Source: a virus
Taxonomy: Duplodnaviria > Caudoviricetes
Length of the DNA stretch: 54,265 nt
IMG/VR virus record: IMGVR_UViG_3300012936_002700
Span: 1-54,265 of that record
Reading direction: 5' to 3' (one strand)
Both the position numbers and the translations under genes were made by a program. Within the stretch, counting starts at the first letter, position 1, and every line of letters starts with the position of its first letter. Below the pieces are notes generated by a model. The model saw only the letters and a program-made list of their open reading frames with translations. It did no database searches and was not told where the DNA came from. Positions 1 to 10,004 of the stretch are shown piece after piece.

Positions 1-586
1 ATTTTTTTAGTATCTTTTTATTTGCAGGTTCCATGTAAGGTTCACCGCCTTTAATACTTAGATAACGTAAGTTCATAAATGGTGTAGGATCCTCAAACAA
101 TCTTTCTATAATTTGCTCACTTTTATTTGTGTAACCAAATTCTGGATTGTCAATTCTTCTATGATATGGATTACCATTTTTAGTAAGTTTCAATTCATCT
201 TTTACCCATGCACTTGAATTGATTCCATCACACATACGACATTTTAAATTACAAATATTACTCATATTAAATTCCAAAAAGTAGATATCTGTGAAGTTTT
301 TGGAGTAATCATTTTTACTACCTACAAGCATAGGATTCAAAATATCACGAAAGAATAATCTTCTACTATGTCCTACTGCGGCTTCTTTTAAAGCACATTG
401 TTGGCACTCGGGCGGTAACACTCCACTACGGATAGAATCACGTGTGTATGACGCTGTAATGCTGTTTAAAAGGTCATTTAAAGGCGTTTGTAGCACGTTT
501 CCGTAACGTTTTGTATACACTCCGTCCGGCACAATATCGCCGTTAAAGCGTACCAAAATACTATGCCAAGGTGCGTAACATTTCAT
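1..586 (-). CDS. Radical SAM protein with N-terminal twitch/SPASM-like region (partial, runs off window start)
   Basis: Hand translation from ATG at 586: MKCYAPWHSILVRFNGDIVPDG...ECQQC...LEFNMSNICNLKCRMC (CxxxCxxC); GGEP motif near the window start. Not in the ORF track. Confidence 0.85.
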   Translation of the reverse strand, partial: MKCYAPWHSILVRFNGDIVPDGVYTKRYGNVLQTPLNDLLNSITASYTRDSIRSGVLPPECQQCALKEAAVGHSRRLFFRDILNPMLVGSKNDYSKNFTDIYFLEFNMSNICNLKCRMCDGINSSAWVKDELKLTKNGNPYHRRIDNPEFGYTNKSEQIIERLFEDPTPFMNLRYLSIKGGEPYMEPANKKILKK

Positions 587-1034
587 TAAATTTCTCTCCA
601 AAAGCAGATTCTAAATCGCTATGTAGTTTATCCAAAATAGTTGTGGGTTGATATATTCCTACGTTATCCCAATCCACCATTTCCATTTTTCCAGAGCCAT
701 CTGGACTTATAATTATATTACTCAAAACCCAATCAAAGTGTGCGTATGGTTGCGTTTCTTCTATATTTTTTAAACAAAAATTATACACTTGATTTATAAA
801 CAAGTCCGTATGTTCGAACTTACTTGCTGGTGTTCCTAATATAGTTTTACAATCTATAAACATCTTACCGTTAGCACAACCACTATTAATTATGTAGCCA
901 GGACGTATTTCGTCCATTATTTCAATATGCTCTTCAAAGTACTCTAAATTTTCAAAGTCCCATTCCTTCCTATAAAAATTAGGACCTTTGTAAACACGTC
1001 TTTGTTTTTCTTTATTTTCTTTTATTAAGTCCAT
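561..1034 (-). CDS. Small kinase/phosphotransferase-like protein (APH/choline-kinase-like)
   Basis: HFDWVLSNII resembles the HxDxxxxN catalytic loop; MVDWD resembles the metal-binding motif. Confidence 0.55.
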   Translation of the reverse strand: MDLIKENKEKQRRVYKGPNFYRKEWDFENLEYFEEHIEIMDEIRPGYIINSGCANGKMFIDCKTILGTPASKFEHTDLFINQVYNFCLKNIEETQPYAHFDWVLSNIIISPDGSGKMEMVDWDNVGIYQPTTILDKLHSDLESAFGEKFNEMLRTLA

Positions 1035-2064
1035 ATGCTTCTGCTACTTCAGGAATGTAATCCTGTATGTGGCATCCTCTTAATTCATCAAATGTTTTTA
1101 TCCAATGCAAAAATGCATTTTGTTCTATTTGATCTGGTTTCTGATTTACCCAATACTTAAATTTTTCTGGCGCAAACTTTTTAATTGTGTCAGGTGCATT
1201 CTTTGAGTCAAAGTATGTAGGATGAAAAAGTAAATTATCAAACACATCAAACTCATTAGTCTTTGCCCATGCAACTATATTATCGTAGTCGTGCAAGTTC
1301 ATTATTTGTATTGTTGGACCAACACTTTTGTATTTTACAAATTCTGCCCAACGTAACATATTTGTTTCTACAGTTTTCCAATCACTACCCCAACGTATGT
1401 AATCATTTACTTTGCCTATACCGTCAATACTAAAACACATATTAACAGTATCAAAACGTTTTAGTTCTTCATAAACATTAGGATTTATAATTGTAGCATT
1501 AGTATTGAATCTTATTTCAACACTGTTATCTAACTTTTTAAGAAACTTGTGTAATCCTCTTACCATCATAGGTTCGCCACCTGTTAAGTACACTTCTCTT
1601 AGTTCGGGCAAACTTGCAAGATAATCTCCACGTTCTTCTGTGTACCAATCGTAATTAGGAAACTGTTCATTACCCCATGGGGATTCCATACCCTTTTTAA
1701 GTAATTCTTTATGATCCTGATTGACTCCGCTTGACGTAGCAGGATAACACATAGTACATTTTAAATTACAGTTACTTCCAAAACGTAAATCAAGATGACT
1801 TACTCCTGGACCGTATTGTCTTGGTTTTGTGCGTTGACTGCCTTTGCCTGACGCTTCCTGTATTTCACACTTTTTACAAGCATCTGGAAATACACCGTCC
1901 TCAAATTTTTGCACTGCGTTTTTAAATACTTTACTTTCACGCCATTCTTCTATAGTGTGTGTTTGTATGTTTTCTTTGTTTGTAGGTTCATTACTTATAC
2001 AACACAAACGGAATTCACCAGAAGTTCTAATACAAACTTGATGGTCTAAATATTTACACTTCAC
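1012..2064 (-). CDS. Radical SAM protein with N-terminal twitch domain
   Basis: CNLKCTMC, YLTGGEP, FNTNAT, SIDG; N-terminal C..CC..CKKC. Probable start GTG at 2064; the track extends it to 2118. Confidence 0.9.
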   Translation of the reverse strand: MKCKYLDHQVCIRTSGEFRLCCISNEPTNKENIQTHTIEEWRESKVFKNAVQKFEDGVFPDACKKCEIQEASGKGSQRTKPRQYGPGVSHLDLRFGSNCNLKCTMCYPATSSGVNQDHKELLKKGMESPWGNEQFPNYDWYTEERGDYLASLPELREVYLTGGEPMMVRGLHKFLKKLDNSVEIRFNTNATIINPNVYEELKRFDTVNMCFSIDGIGKVNDYIRWGSDWKTVETNMLRWAEFVKYKSVGPTIQIMNLHDYDNIVAWAKTNEFDVFDNLLFHPTYFDSKNAPDTIKKFAPEKFKYWVNQKPDQIEQNAFLHWIKTFDELRGCHIQDYIPEVAEAYGLNKRK

Positions 2065-3037
2065 TACAAGTAACCTCACATATTTTAAATCGTTTGTCGC
2101 TTGGTTGTAGTAGAACATTTGATTCTATTATATCTTCTATGTTAGTATCATTTACGTTGGGCCACTGCACACTGTTACATTCTTTAGCATAAGGACTATC
2201 AGGATTCTTAGCATATCTATCACTCAGCAAATAGCAACAAGGAAACACTTCGCCAGTATGACTAATTTGTATTTTTTGTTTCTTTTGCCATTTACAAGTA
2301 ATACAACCTTTGTCTAAACCTTTTTCTAATAAACCTTCTAATCTTACAACATTGTCTAAATGTTTCTTTTCATACTTGATAGTTCGTGCTTCTTCTTTTT
2401 TAGTAGCCTTGAATTTTTCTACTGCTTCAGATACAATACTATTCATAGCAGTAAATGTATATCCGCCATTTATATCAAAAACTTTGAATCCCATATCTTT
2501 AGACAGTTGTTCGCATTTTTCTATTTGATGTTTGTTATGATCAAATACAAGCATACGCCATCTTGCTAAACCGCCTGCGTCTATAAATGCTTTAGCATTA
2601 GCCATTACATTATCCCATACCACATGACGTCTATACAAATGATTAGTATCTTCTAATCCATCTATACTAAATGTAATTACTGCTTGTGGAAAATTACGTA
2701 ATTCTTGTGCAATCATTCTATACAAATTAGGTTTACCTATGCCTCCATTTGTGTGAATCATAATTTTACATTTTAATTTTTTTGCATATTTTAATGCAAA
2801 TGGTAAATTAGGATTCATAAAAGGATCTCCATAACTACCATTAAATATTATTTCTTCAACTCCTTTGGCATCATCTACTATACGTTTCCATGTGTCCATT
2901 GACATATGCCCAAGAGGCATATTAGGATTGACTTTTACACCATCAATATTGCGTGAACAGTTACCGCACATCGCATTACAATGACTTGTAAAATCAACCA
3001 CTATTGTTTTAAGATCTTTTTTAGACAAGAACCGCAT
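2054..3037 (-). CDS. Radical SAM/SPASM-domain protein
   Basis: CNAMCGNC, NGSYGDP, HTNG, FSIDG; C-terminal C...GEVFPCC...CEVTC. Confidence 0.9.
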   Translation of the reverse strand: MRFLSKKDLKTIVVDFTSHCNAMCGNCSRNIDGVKVNPNMPLGHMSMDTWKRIVDDAKGVEEIIFNGSYGDPFMNPNLPFALKYAKKLKCKIMIHTNGGIGKPNLYRMIAQELRNFPQAVITFSIDGLEDTNHLYRRHVVWDNVMANAKAFIDAGGLARWRMLVFDHNKHQIEKCEQLSKDMGFKVFDINGGYTFTAMNSIVSEAVEKFKATKKEEARTIKYEKKHLDNVVRLEGLLEKGLDKGCITCKWQKKQKIQISHTGEVFPCCYLLSDRYAKNPDSPYAKECNSVQWPNVNDTNIEDIIESNVLLQPSDKRFKICEVTCSEV

Positions 3038-3041
3038 ACTG

Positions 3042-3047
3042 TATTTA
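3042..3047 (-). promoter_or_regulatory. T4-like late promoter motif TAAATA, 4 nt before ATG 3037
   Basis: Minus strand GGTAAATAcagtATG. Confidence 0.55.
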
Positions 3048-3083
3048 CCGCCAAAATAGTAGCATTTAACTTACATTGGTAGG

Positions 3084-3089
3084 TAAATA
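3084..3089 (+). promoter_or_regulatory. T4-like late promoter motif TAAATA, 5 nt before ATG 3095
   Basis: GGTAAATAttactATG; divergent from the 3042-3047 motif. Confidence 0.55.
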
Positions 3090-3094
3090 TTACT

Positions 3095-3811
3095 ATGCAA
3101 GAATTGGAACAATACCATAACGAACACGGCATAATTAAGCAAGAATTATATCCAGATACCTTTGACCCTAAGTGGTTAGTGATGGAAAGTGGCTGGGGAT
3201 ATTTTCATCTAAGTGCATTAGATAACCAACCATGGAAAGAAATGCACAAAGAAGCAGAAGCACTTGCAGATAAGTTTCATTCACACAGAGAAGACAGTTA
3301 CGGTAAAGGTTGGAAAAGTTTGACACTACACGGACTTGACGAAGACACACAAAGTCTAAATCAATATGGGCAAAGAGAAGAAGTACTCAAACAATTAGAT
3401 TGGACTTGGGTGGCAGAGAAATGTCCTATTACAAAGAATTTTTTAACAAATGTTTGGCCAGCAGAATTTTTAAATCGTGTAAGGTTTATGTATCTTGAAC
3501 CTGGCGGATATATTCTTCCGCATCAAGATCGTAAAGATGAAGAAAAGCGTTTAAGTGTTTGTAACATAAGTTTGAATAATCCAGAAGGCTGTCAATTTGT
3601 TTACAAAGACAAAGGCATAGTGCCTTTCAAAGACGAAGGTAGTGCATTTTTAATGGACATTAGTAACGTACATTCTGTTTGGAATAAAAGTGATAAGCCA
3701 AGAATACATATGATTATACATTATGAACTTGGTAGACGCACCAGGGATATGTTTTACACATTAAGAGAAAGTTTCTACTCCAATAGGAGAGCAATCAATG
3801 GATTGGAATAG
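3095..3811 (+). CDS. Asp/Asn beta-hydroxylase-like Fe(II)/2OG oxygenase
   Basis: RVRFMYLEPGGYILPHQD (HxD), HSVWN, RIHMIIH. Confidence 0.8.
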   Translation: MQELEQYHNEHGIIKQELYPDTFDPKWLVMESGWGYFHLSALDNQPWKEMHKEAEALADKFHSHREDSYGKGWKSLTLHGLDEDTQSLNQYGQREEVLKQLDWTWVAEKCPITKNFLTNVWPAEFLNRVRFMYLEPGGYILPHQDRKDEEKRLSVCNISLNNPEGCQFVYKDKGIVPFKDEGSAFLMDISNVHSVWNKSDKPRIHMIIHYELGRRTRDMFYTLRESFYSNRRAINGLE

Positions 3812-5258
3812 TTTATCAGTTGATCGTTACTACGAAGACCTTGATGGCAATAATGATGTTGGCATAGGTATATTAGATATCACACGAGATATAGATAACA
3901 AGTTTGTTGCAAAACGCACACTTGATATGACCTACTTTTATATCAATAGAATGATTAAAATGAATTTGTGTTCATATGTAGGACATCATAAAACTGTAAA
4001 AGAAATATTAGAACTTGCAATTATTGAAGGCAAAAAATATTGTATGGTTGCGTGTCAAGGTTTGCTTTTATATAGAGGACCAAGTTTAGTACAAAAAAGT
4101 TTACAGTATGCAGAAAACAATCCTGAATTTTTTGTAATAGGGCATATTATGGACAAGCAAGGGCAACATCATTATCTTACTAAAGGTGCATATCCAGGAT
4201 TACACAGACAATATTTGTTTGTAAATTTGAACAAATGGGTAGAATTAGGACAACCAGACTTTGATGAACTTGGTGTGTTTACAGACAGGCCAAGAAAGTA
4301 TCGCAATGTTGAATATAGCAAAGAAAAAATACACAGTGAATACACACCTAAGTGGGTAAAGGGTGCAGAAGGTTATATGCAAAGCACTATCACTGCTGAT
4401 GGCAGTAACTGGATAAATCTTGCCGCTGAAAACAATATTACAATAGATAACCTTGATAATGATATGCGTGAGTGCAAAGTATTTTTATATCCGTATAATA
4501 AACCACATATACTTGAACAAGTATGGTTAGATAAAACTAATGACAAACTTGTAGATCAATTGAATTACAGTCAAAAGGCTTGGATAAGAAAATTAGGTTA
4601 TCAAGAAGAAATTGAAAAAAATAGAGTTTATGCATTTAATACAGAAAGACTTTCAGGTGAAGGCATTAGAACAAATGGCAAACATATAGATCATTTGTTT
4701 AGTGCGGCCGCTGGATTCAAACCTCTTGCTATTTTAAATGCTAATGGTTTCCATGAAGGTACAACCGTGCATTACTTTGATTGGTGTGAAGCAAGTTTAA
4801 ATTTTAAAAAGCATTTACTTGAAACTTGGGACGGTTATGATTTAGATAAATGGCTCTTAGAACACGATTTAACTTATAACTTCAGTAGCACTTACCGTGC
4901 AAACTATAAAGAATTTTGGCAACAAGAACTAAAAGAGTTTGGTGGAAGTCTTGCATTTCAAAGATTATGGTCAAGATATAAAACTTTAAAACACGAATTT
5001 CATGTAATAGATATCGTAACAGAAAGCAATAAGTTATTTGATCTAATTGATAATGTACATGGTACAAAGGTATTATGGACTACAAATATATGGTCAAGTG
5101 AAATGCTTCAATGGAATGTTCAACCTGAAGAACTTGAAATGCACTACAAAAAATTTAAAAGTAGAATAAAAAATTTAATTGTATATGGACACGATTATTG
5201 TGCAATAGATCTAAATGATAGTATAAAAGGAGATTACACTCATGTCAGATTTGCATGA
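3798..5258 (+). CDS. Hypothetical protein (486 aa), probable enzyme
   Basis: Long ORF overlapping both neighbours; no motif confidently recognised. Confidence 0.7.
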   Translation: MDWNSLSVDRYYEDLDGNNDVGIGILDITRDIDNKFVAKRTLDMTYFYINRMIKMNLCSYVGHHKTVKEILELAIIEGKKYCMVACQGLLLYRGPSLVQKSLQYAENNPEFFVIGHIMDKQGQHHYLTKGAYPGLHRQYLFVNLNKWVELGQPDFDELGVFTDRPRKYRNVEYSKEKIHSEYTPKWVKGAEGYMQSTITADGSNWINLAAENNITIDNLDNDMRECKVFLYPYNKPHILEQVWLDKTNDKLVDQLNYSQKAWIRKLGYQEEIEKNRVYAFNTERLSGEGIRTNGKHIDHLFSAAAGFKPLAILNANGFHEGTTVHYFDWCEASLNFKKHLLETWDGYDLDKWLLEHDLTYNFSSTYRANYKEFWQQELKEFGGSLAFQRLWSRYKTLKHEFHVIDIVTESNKLFDLIDNVHGTKVLWTTNIWSSEMLQWNVQPEELEMHYKKFKSRIKNLIVYGHDYCAIDLNDSIKGDYTHVRFA

Positions 5259-5943
5259 TATGGCAAGACCTCATTGGGACCTTCCTATATATAAACAAGA
5301 AATTCTTACGAACAATGTAGTGTTCAATTATTATGACTGTGATGTATGTGTAAGTATCAGCGGCGGAATAGATAGTGCTTTACTATTGTATAACGTTGCA
5401 TTACATTCTCCTCGTGATATTCATGTGTATACTTTAGCAAATAATGATCTAATGCTTAAAAATGTAACTGCCGCGACAGCAGTAGTTAACAAAGTAAGAG
5501 AACTTACAAACAATCCAAATATATATCATACAGTGATGCATATGGAAGGATCTAAACCAAACGGTGGCGAAGTTATAGGACATAGAATGCGTAAACACTT
5601 TGGCAAATTTATGGAAGTGTGTTATATGGGTGTAACACAAAATCCACCACTTGATGTAATGAAGAACTGGGACGTAGCAGATTGGAGTCACAAGTACAGA
5701 GACAATCTAACAAAAGAATTTGAAGTTTTACCTAACGTAGGCAATATCTATATGCCTTGGACAAATGTACACAAAAAATATATTGCGGCTATTTACAGAG
5801 CCCAAGGATTATTAGATACACTATTTCCTGTTACATATAGTTGTGAATGGTATGCTAAAGACGGCAATGATCCTGGTATGGACCATTGTAAAAACTGTTG
5901 GTGGTGTTTAGAACGTTATTGGGGGTTCAATAGATATGTATAA
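5242..5943 (+). CDS. QueC-like PP-loop ATPase
   Basis: SISGGIDS PP-loop; C-terminal TYSC...HCKNCWWCLER Zn motif. Confidence 0.7.
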   Translation: MSDLHDMARPHWDLPIYKQEILTNNVVFNYYDCDVCVSISGGIDSALLLYNVALHSPRDIHVYTLANNDLMLKNVTAATAVVNKVRELTNNPNIYHTVMHMEGSKPNGGEVIGHRMRKHFGKFMEVCYMGVTQNPPLDVMKNWDVADWSHKYRDNLTKEFEVLPNVGNIYMPWTNVHKKYIAAIYRAQGLLDTLFPVTYSCEWYAKDGNDPGMDHCKNCWWCLERYWGFNRYV

Positions 5944-6478
5944 AGTAGTACAGTGGAATGAATCAATTGATCTAACAGACTACTACAATAGAGCAAAAGA
6001 AAAAGGCTTTGTTAATAATGCAAGTCGTGAAATGCTTATTGATTGTTTTAAGAATGAACGAGAAATGATATTGTTTTTGTTATACGAAGATGATACAATC
6101 ATAGGCACACAAGTATTACATACATTTGATGAGTTAGGTCCTGATGCTTGGAGAGCAGGAAGAACAAGTTTGCTTGTACCACCTTTAGGCAAAGGCAGAA
6201 GTATTATTACAAAGTTTCAAAATCATACAGATCAATTTTTACATCCTGCCGTTATTAATTTTGTGACAGAACGCAAGGGTAAATTATATTCAACTACAAA
6301 TATGAATCCAGAAGCCAAACAAAATCAATCACACTTAATATATTTTCCATTGTTAGAAAAGATGGGTGTAGTTGATAAAGTTAAGGATATGGAATATAGA
6401 TATACCAAACAGTCAGTTTGGAAATTTAATTTTAATCGTTTTTGGGAATTGTATAACTTATTTCCTAAATGGAATTAA
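5936..6478 (+). CDS. GNAT-like acyltransferase, putative
   Basis: LFLLYEDDTIIG beta-hairpin and overall size resemble GNAT folds; weak. Confidence 0.4.
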   Translation: MYKVVQWNESIDLTDYYNRAKEKGFVNNASREMLIDCFKNEREMILFLLYEDDTIIGTQVLHTFDELGPDAWRAGRTSLLVPPLGKGRSIITKFQNHTDQFLHPAVINFVTERKGKLYSTTNMNPEAKQNQSHLIYFPLLEKMGVVDKVKDMEYRYTKQSVWKFNFNRFWELYNLFPKWN

Positions 6479-7773
6479 GCAATCATTGCTACCCACGCCG
6501 AGCCTGTCCAGAACACTGGGTAAGGTGTTGATCCACTGTAACTTGCTGGATCCCAATTAGTCTTGTTAGCAACTGCAATCATTCCAATAACTGGAGTAGA
6601 CGGAGCCGCCGCTTGTGGTTCTAATGTCATTACACCTTCAATATCAATAGTTGATCTTGCACTTGTTCTATTAATAGCAAGTTGACCTTGACTGTCTAAT
6701 ACCATTAGTTTTGGAACTGGTGTAGTATTAGTTCCTGCGTTAGTAATAAATTCTATTTGTCCTGGTGCTTGGTCGTCTGCAATAGTACCGTTTGGATCTG
6801 TTCTAAATAAAATTACAGAAGAAAGTACTTTAGTTCCAAATGTACCAAAGTCTGGATCAAATGCAGTTGCACTGATTTCTCCAATGTAGTTACCAGCAGT
6901 TACTTTAACTTCGTTTCCGCTATCTGGGAATCCACCATAGTAACCATTTAATGTCATACCAGAAATGTTTGCACTTGTGGCACCATTTAAACTGTTAATT
7001 CTTACCGCACTTGATTCGTCGGAGTTCCATACATTAAGTACAGTGTCATCAGTTTCAGTTGGACCACTGATGTTAACTTCTAATTGTGTTGAAAGAAGTG
7101 TGTCGCCAGTTACACTAAACTGACCATTGTTAATAATTACTTTACTGTTTACTGCGTCAACAAGTAATGTTGAATCATCACCAAATACTGAACCTTTAAT
7201 ATCTGCTGTCAAGTTAGTAATTGAAGCACCAGCAAGATCTAAATCACCTGGTACAAATAATGCTCTTGCATTATCCCATATTAAGTATTGTCCTTGTGTA
7301 GGAGTATCACTACCTGATACACTAACATCACCTAAGTTGTCAATGCTTTTTGATGCTAACTGAGCATCTAAATCAAATGATAAAAATGCTTCATCACCTG
7401 CTACCCAACCACCTGCGCCGCCGTTAGCAGTTGCATCATATTTTAAAACTTTGTTTGTAGCAACGCCTGTTACTGCGTCTACGTTAGTTAAATCATTAAG
7501 AGTTTGTGCGATAGACAGTGTTTCTGCCTGCCATCTTGCATTAGGAGTATTCCACTGAAGTACTTGACCGTTTGCTGGAGTAAGAGTGTCTTCTACATCA
7601 GTTAAATTTTGAATTGAAAGGTTAGGGTTAATTTGGACACCGCCAGTTGTTACACCGTCACCTATCCATAGTTTACCTGTATCTGTTACGAAAATGGGTT
7701 CACCCAATGCTGGGTTTATGCCCGTCAGTGCCGCTCTTTCGGCCTCTGTACCTCTTCTAATTTTTAATGCCAT
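6475..7773 (-). CDS. Tail fibre / virion structural protein
   Basis: N-terminal LKIRRGT...GEP..TDTGKLWIGDG typical of phage fibres; repeated L.DL.DV...GQ.L.W units; Gly/Thr-rich. Confidence 0.75.
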   Translation of the reverse strand: MALKIRRGTEAERAALTGINPALGEPIFVTDTGKLWIGDGVTTGGVQINPNLSIQNLTDVEDTLTPANGQVLQWNTPNARWQAETLSIAQTLNDLTNVDAVTGVATNKVLKYDATANGGAGGWVAGDEAFLSFDLDAQLASKSIDNLGDVSVSGSDTPTQGQYLIWDNARALFVPGDLDLAGASITNLTADIKGSVFGDDSTLLVDAVNSKVIINNGQFSVTGDTLLSTQLEVNISGPTETDDTVLNVWNSDESSAVRINSLNGATSANISGMTLNGYYGGFPDSGNEVKVTAGNYIGEISATAFDPDFGTFGTKVLSSVILFRTDPNGTIADDQAPGQIEFITNAGTNTTPVPKLMVLDSQGQLAINRTSARSTIDIEGVMTLEPQAAAPSTPVIGMIAVANKTNWDPASYSGSTPYPVFWTGSAWVAMIA

Positions 7774-7806
7774 ACTCGCTTACTCCTGAAGTGCTTTTGC
7801 TATATG

Positions 7807-7812
7807 TATTTA
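7807..7812 (-). promoter_or_regulatory. Late promoter motif (CATAAATA) upstream of the fibre gene
   Basis: Resembles T4 TATAAATA; followed by SD AGGAG. Confidence 0.55.
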
Positions 7813-7841
7813 TGCCAAATACTTTAATTCAATAATATACA

Positions 7842-8159
7842 TTATTTACGCATTTTGGCGTTTTTAAACACTGTAGCAGTGCCCTTTTGTATGTCTTGCT
7901 TTATCTTTCTACTGTCTAAAGCAAAGTCTACGGACTTAATTTTAGGTCCATATTCATTGAAAAGGTTCCTTATGTCCTTCTCAAAACGCTTCTGCGTAAT
8001 GTTAGGCTTACACTCTATGATCCACTTTTTCCTACTTGAGAACGTAACTTCAATGTGTTCCAGGTATTCAAGGGGGATAGTTTTAACTTCTATGCCCTTG
8101 AATACTTCTGGCCAATGTCTGATTACGTCTTCAGGAAGTTTTAATTTCCTGTAGGCCAT
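7842..8159 (-). CDS. Hypothetical protein
   Basis: ORF fits gene packing. Confidence 0.7.
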   Translation of the reverse strand: MAYRKLKLPEDVIRHWPEVFKGIEVKTIPLEYLEHIEVTFSSRKKWIIECKPNITQKRFEKDIRNLFNEYGPKIKSVDFALDSRKIKQDIQKGTATVFKNAKMRK

Positions 8160-8163
8160 TTAT

Positions 8164-8766
8164 TTAGGCCTTGCTTTTTTTCTTAGTAGGTACAAGTTCC
8201 TCTGCTTGACGTCTTAATTGTGCCGCTTCTTTGCTTAATCTATCCGCTTGTGAACGGTATGATTTAGCAAGATCTTCATCACTCATAACATCATTTGATG
8301 CAGTTGCTACTGGCTCGTTTGATGGAGCAGTTTCACTTGCAGACGCTGGTGTATCAGTTACTGTTGCAAGATTAGTTGCATCTTCTGATAAAGCAATATC
8401 TTTTATGCTTACACCTTTTTGCTCTGCAATCAGTTTGTTCAACTCGTCCAATGTTACTGTATCAGTAGAAGTTGGAGTCATTGTAACCTCTGATGTAGGA
8501 ACTTTCATTAGTTTACCTTGTGCATGAAAGCGAGATAGCATAACACTACCGTCTGAAAGACGTGTACGTGCCATTGCTTCTGCAAGTTCATATGCATCTT
8601 GGCCCGATGGTGAATCTACTAATTGCATTAAAATATCATGATCTGAATCTGTTAAGTTTTCAGTTGATACCACTAAACAATTTTCGTGATCACCTGGGAT
8701 TGTTCTATACGCAACAGCAACTTTTCTTTTGTTGCTATTGAGTCTACCTATGTGCTTAATAGCCAT
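8164..8766 (-). CDS. Hypothetical protein with C-terminal coiled coil
   Basis: ORF with SD (GGAG); coiled-coil tail. Confidence 0.75.
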   Translation of the reverse strand: MAIKHIGRLNSNKRKVAVAYRTIPGDHENCLVVSTENLTDSDHDILMQLVDSPSGQDAYELAEAMARTRLSDGSVMLSRFHAQGKLMKVPTSEVTMTPTSTDTVTLDELNKLIAEQKGVSIKDIALSEDATNLATVTDTPASASETAPSNEPVATASNDVMSDEDLAKSYRSQADRLSKEAAQLRRQAEELVPTKKKSKA

Positions 8767-8768
8767 AA

Positions 8769-9113
8769 TTATTCTCCTTTAGCAACTGGAGCCGGCTCGC
8801 CTGTTAGGGCCGCTGAAGCATCTGCATCGGCTACTGGTGCCGCTGGTGCCGCTGGTGCTTCACCTTCTTTTGCCTTTTGTGCTTCGGCTTGTTGCTTCTG
8901 TACCTGCGATAGGAATGTATCCAACTTATTATAAGTTGTTCCTACAGCCTGTAATTCGTTTGCTTTGAATGCGCCACGTTGAGTAGCGACATCGATTACT
9001 GTTCTAAGAGTGTTTAGATCTTGAACAGTTAAGTCAACCATTCCTGCTGGACCTGGTGCACCCGCTGGTGCTGATCCTGCCGGAGCGGCTGGTGTTGTTT
9101 TATTATCAGACAT
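8769..9113 (-). CDS. Hypothetical protein with Ala/Pro-rich termini
   Basis: ORF with SD AGGAG. Confidence 0.75.
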   Translation of the reverse strand: MSDNKTTPAAPAGSAPAGAPGPAGMVDLTVQDLNTLRTVIDVATQRGAFKANELQAVGTTYNKLDTFLSQVQKQQAEAQKAKEGEAPAAPAAPVADADASAALTGEPAPVAKGE

Positions 9114-9150
9114 ATGTCATATCTCCTTTGTTTTTAAAGTACATACTTAA

Positions 9151-9702
9151 TTACTTAACTGATTTTAAATAATCGATCATGTTTTCTGGCTTTGTTTCAA
9201 TATATGGATCATCGTCCAATCCGTCGTTATTGATACCTGGCTCTTCCCACCATTTTTCAACAACGCCGTCATTAATAACACACATATATCTCCAACTTCT
9301 ATTACCAAAACCTCTGTGATTTTTTCCAATCAGCATACCCATAAAGCGAGTAAAGTTACCGCTACCATCTGGGATTACTTTCACATTCTTAATGCCAAGC
9401 ACTTCTGCCCATGCATTCATTACAAATGTGTCGTTTACTGAACAACAGTAAACTTCATCAATATTCATTGACTTAATCTGTTCATAATTTTGTTCAAAAC
9501 TTGGTAGTTGTGTCGATGTGCAAGTTGGTGTAAACGCACCCGGTAGACTAAACAATACTACTCTTTTACCTTTGAAATAATCATCTGTAGTCTTTTCAAC
9601 CCATTTGCCTTCATCAAAACTGCAACCTTGTTCTAAAACTACGTCACCTTCTCTTACCTTGAAAGTTGTTTTTGGAATCTTAAATCCAACTGTCATACTC
9701 AT
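9151..9702 (-). CDS. Peroxiredoxin (Prx5/redoxin type)
   Basis: LPGAFTPTC peroxidatic motif, SVND.FVM.AW, RSWRY. Confidence 0.95.
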   Translation of the reverse strand: MSMTVGFKIPKTTFKVREGDVVLEQGCSFDEGKWVEKTTDDYFKGKRVVLFSLPGAFTPTCTSTQLPSFEQNYEQIKSMNIDEVYCCSVNDTFVMNAWAEVLGIKNVKVIPDGSGNFTRFMGMLIGKNHRGFGNRSWRYMCVINDGVVEKWWEEPGINNDGLDDDPYIETKPENMIDYLKSVK

Positions 9703-9728
9703 TCTCCTTAGTTAGTATTACGATGTAA

Positions 9729-10004
9729 TTATTTGTATTTTAAAAGAGGACAGGCCAAAGCGAAATAAGAAAGTTCCTTTGGGTCTTCAAATCCAATTTT
9801 AATTTTATTCTGTAAACTTTTGTCGTCACCTGTGCCTACTGCTTTTCCAATATAGTAACGACTTTTACAATTCTGTTCAATCCAATTAATTATTGCTTTG
9901 TCAAGATTATAACTTTGTTGAATATCCATAAACTCTAAATGAGGTCCGGGATATTCTAATCTTCTAATGCCAAAAAAGTTAAGCGGATTTGGTTTCATTT
10001 TCAT
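9729..10004 (-). CDS. Hypothetical protein
   Basis: ORF overlapping the end of the VWA gene. Confidence 0.65.
   Translation of the reverse strand: MKMKPNPLNFFGIRRLEYPGPHLEFMDIQQSYNLDKAIINWIEQNCKSRYYIGKAVGTGDDKSLQNKIKIGFEDPKELSYFALACPLLKYK

Noticed and set aside
1-6478. Classical RiPP cluster
   Set aside because: No precursor peptide, RRE or transporter visible in the window; the cluster is truncated at the left edge
8831-8860. Short tandem GCTGGTGCC repeat
   Set aside because: Simply encodes an Ala/Pro linker; no spacers, so not CRISPR-like
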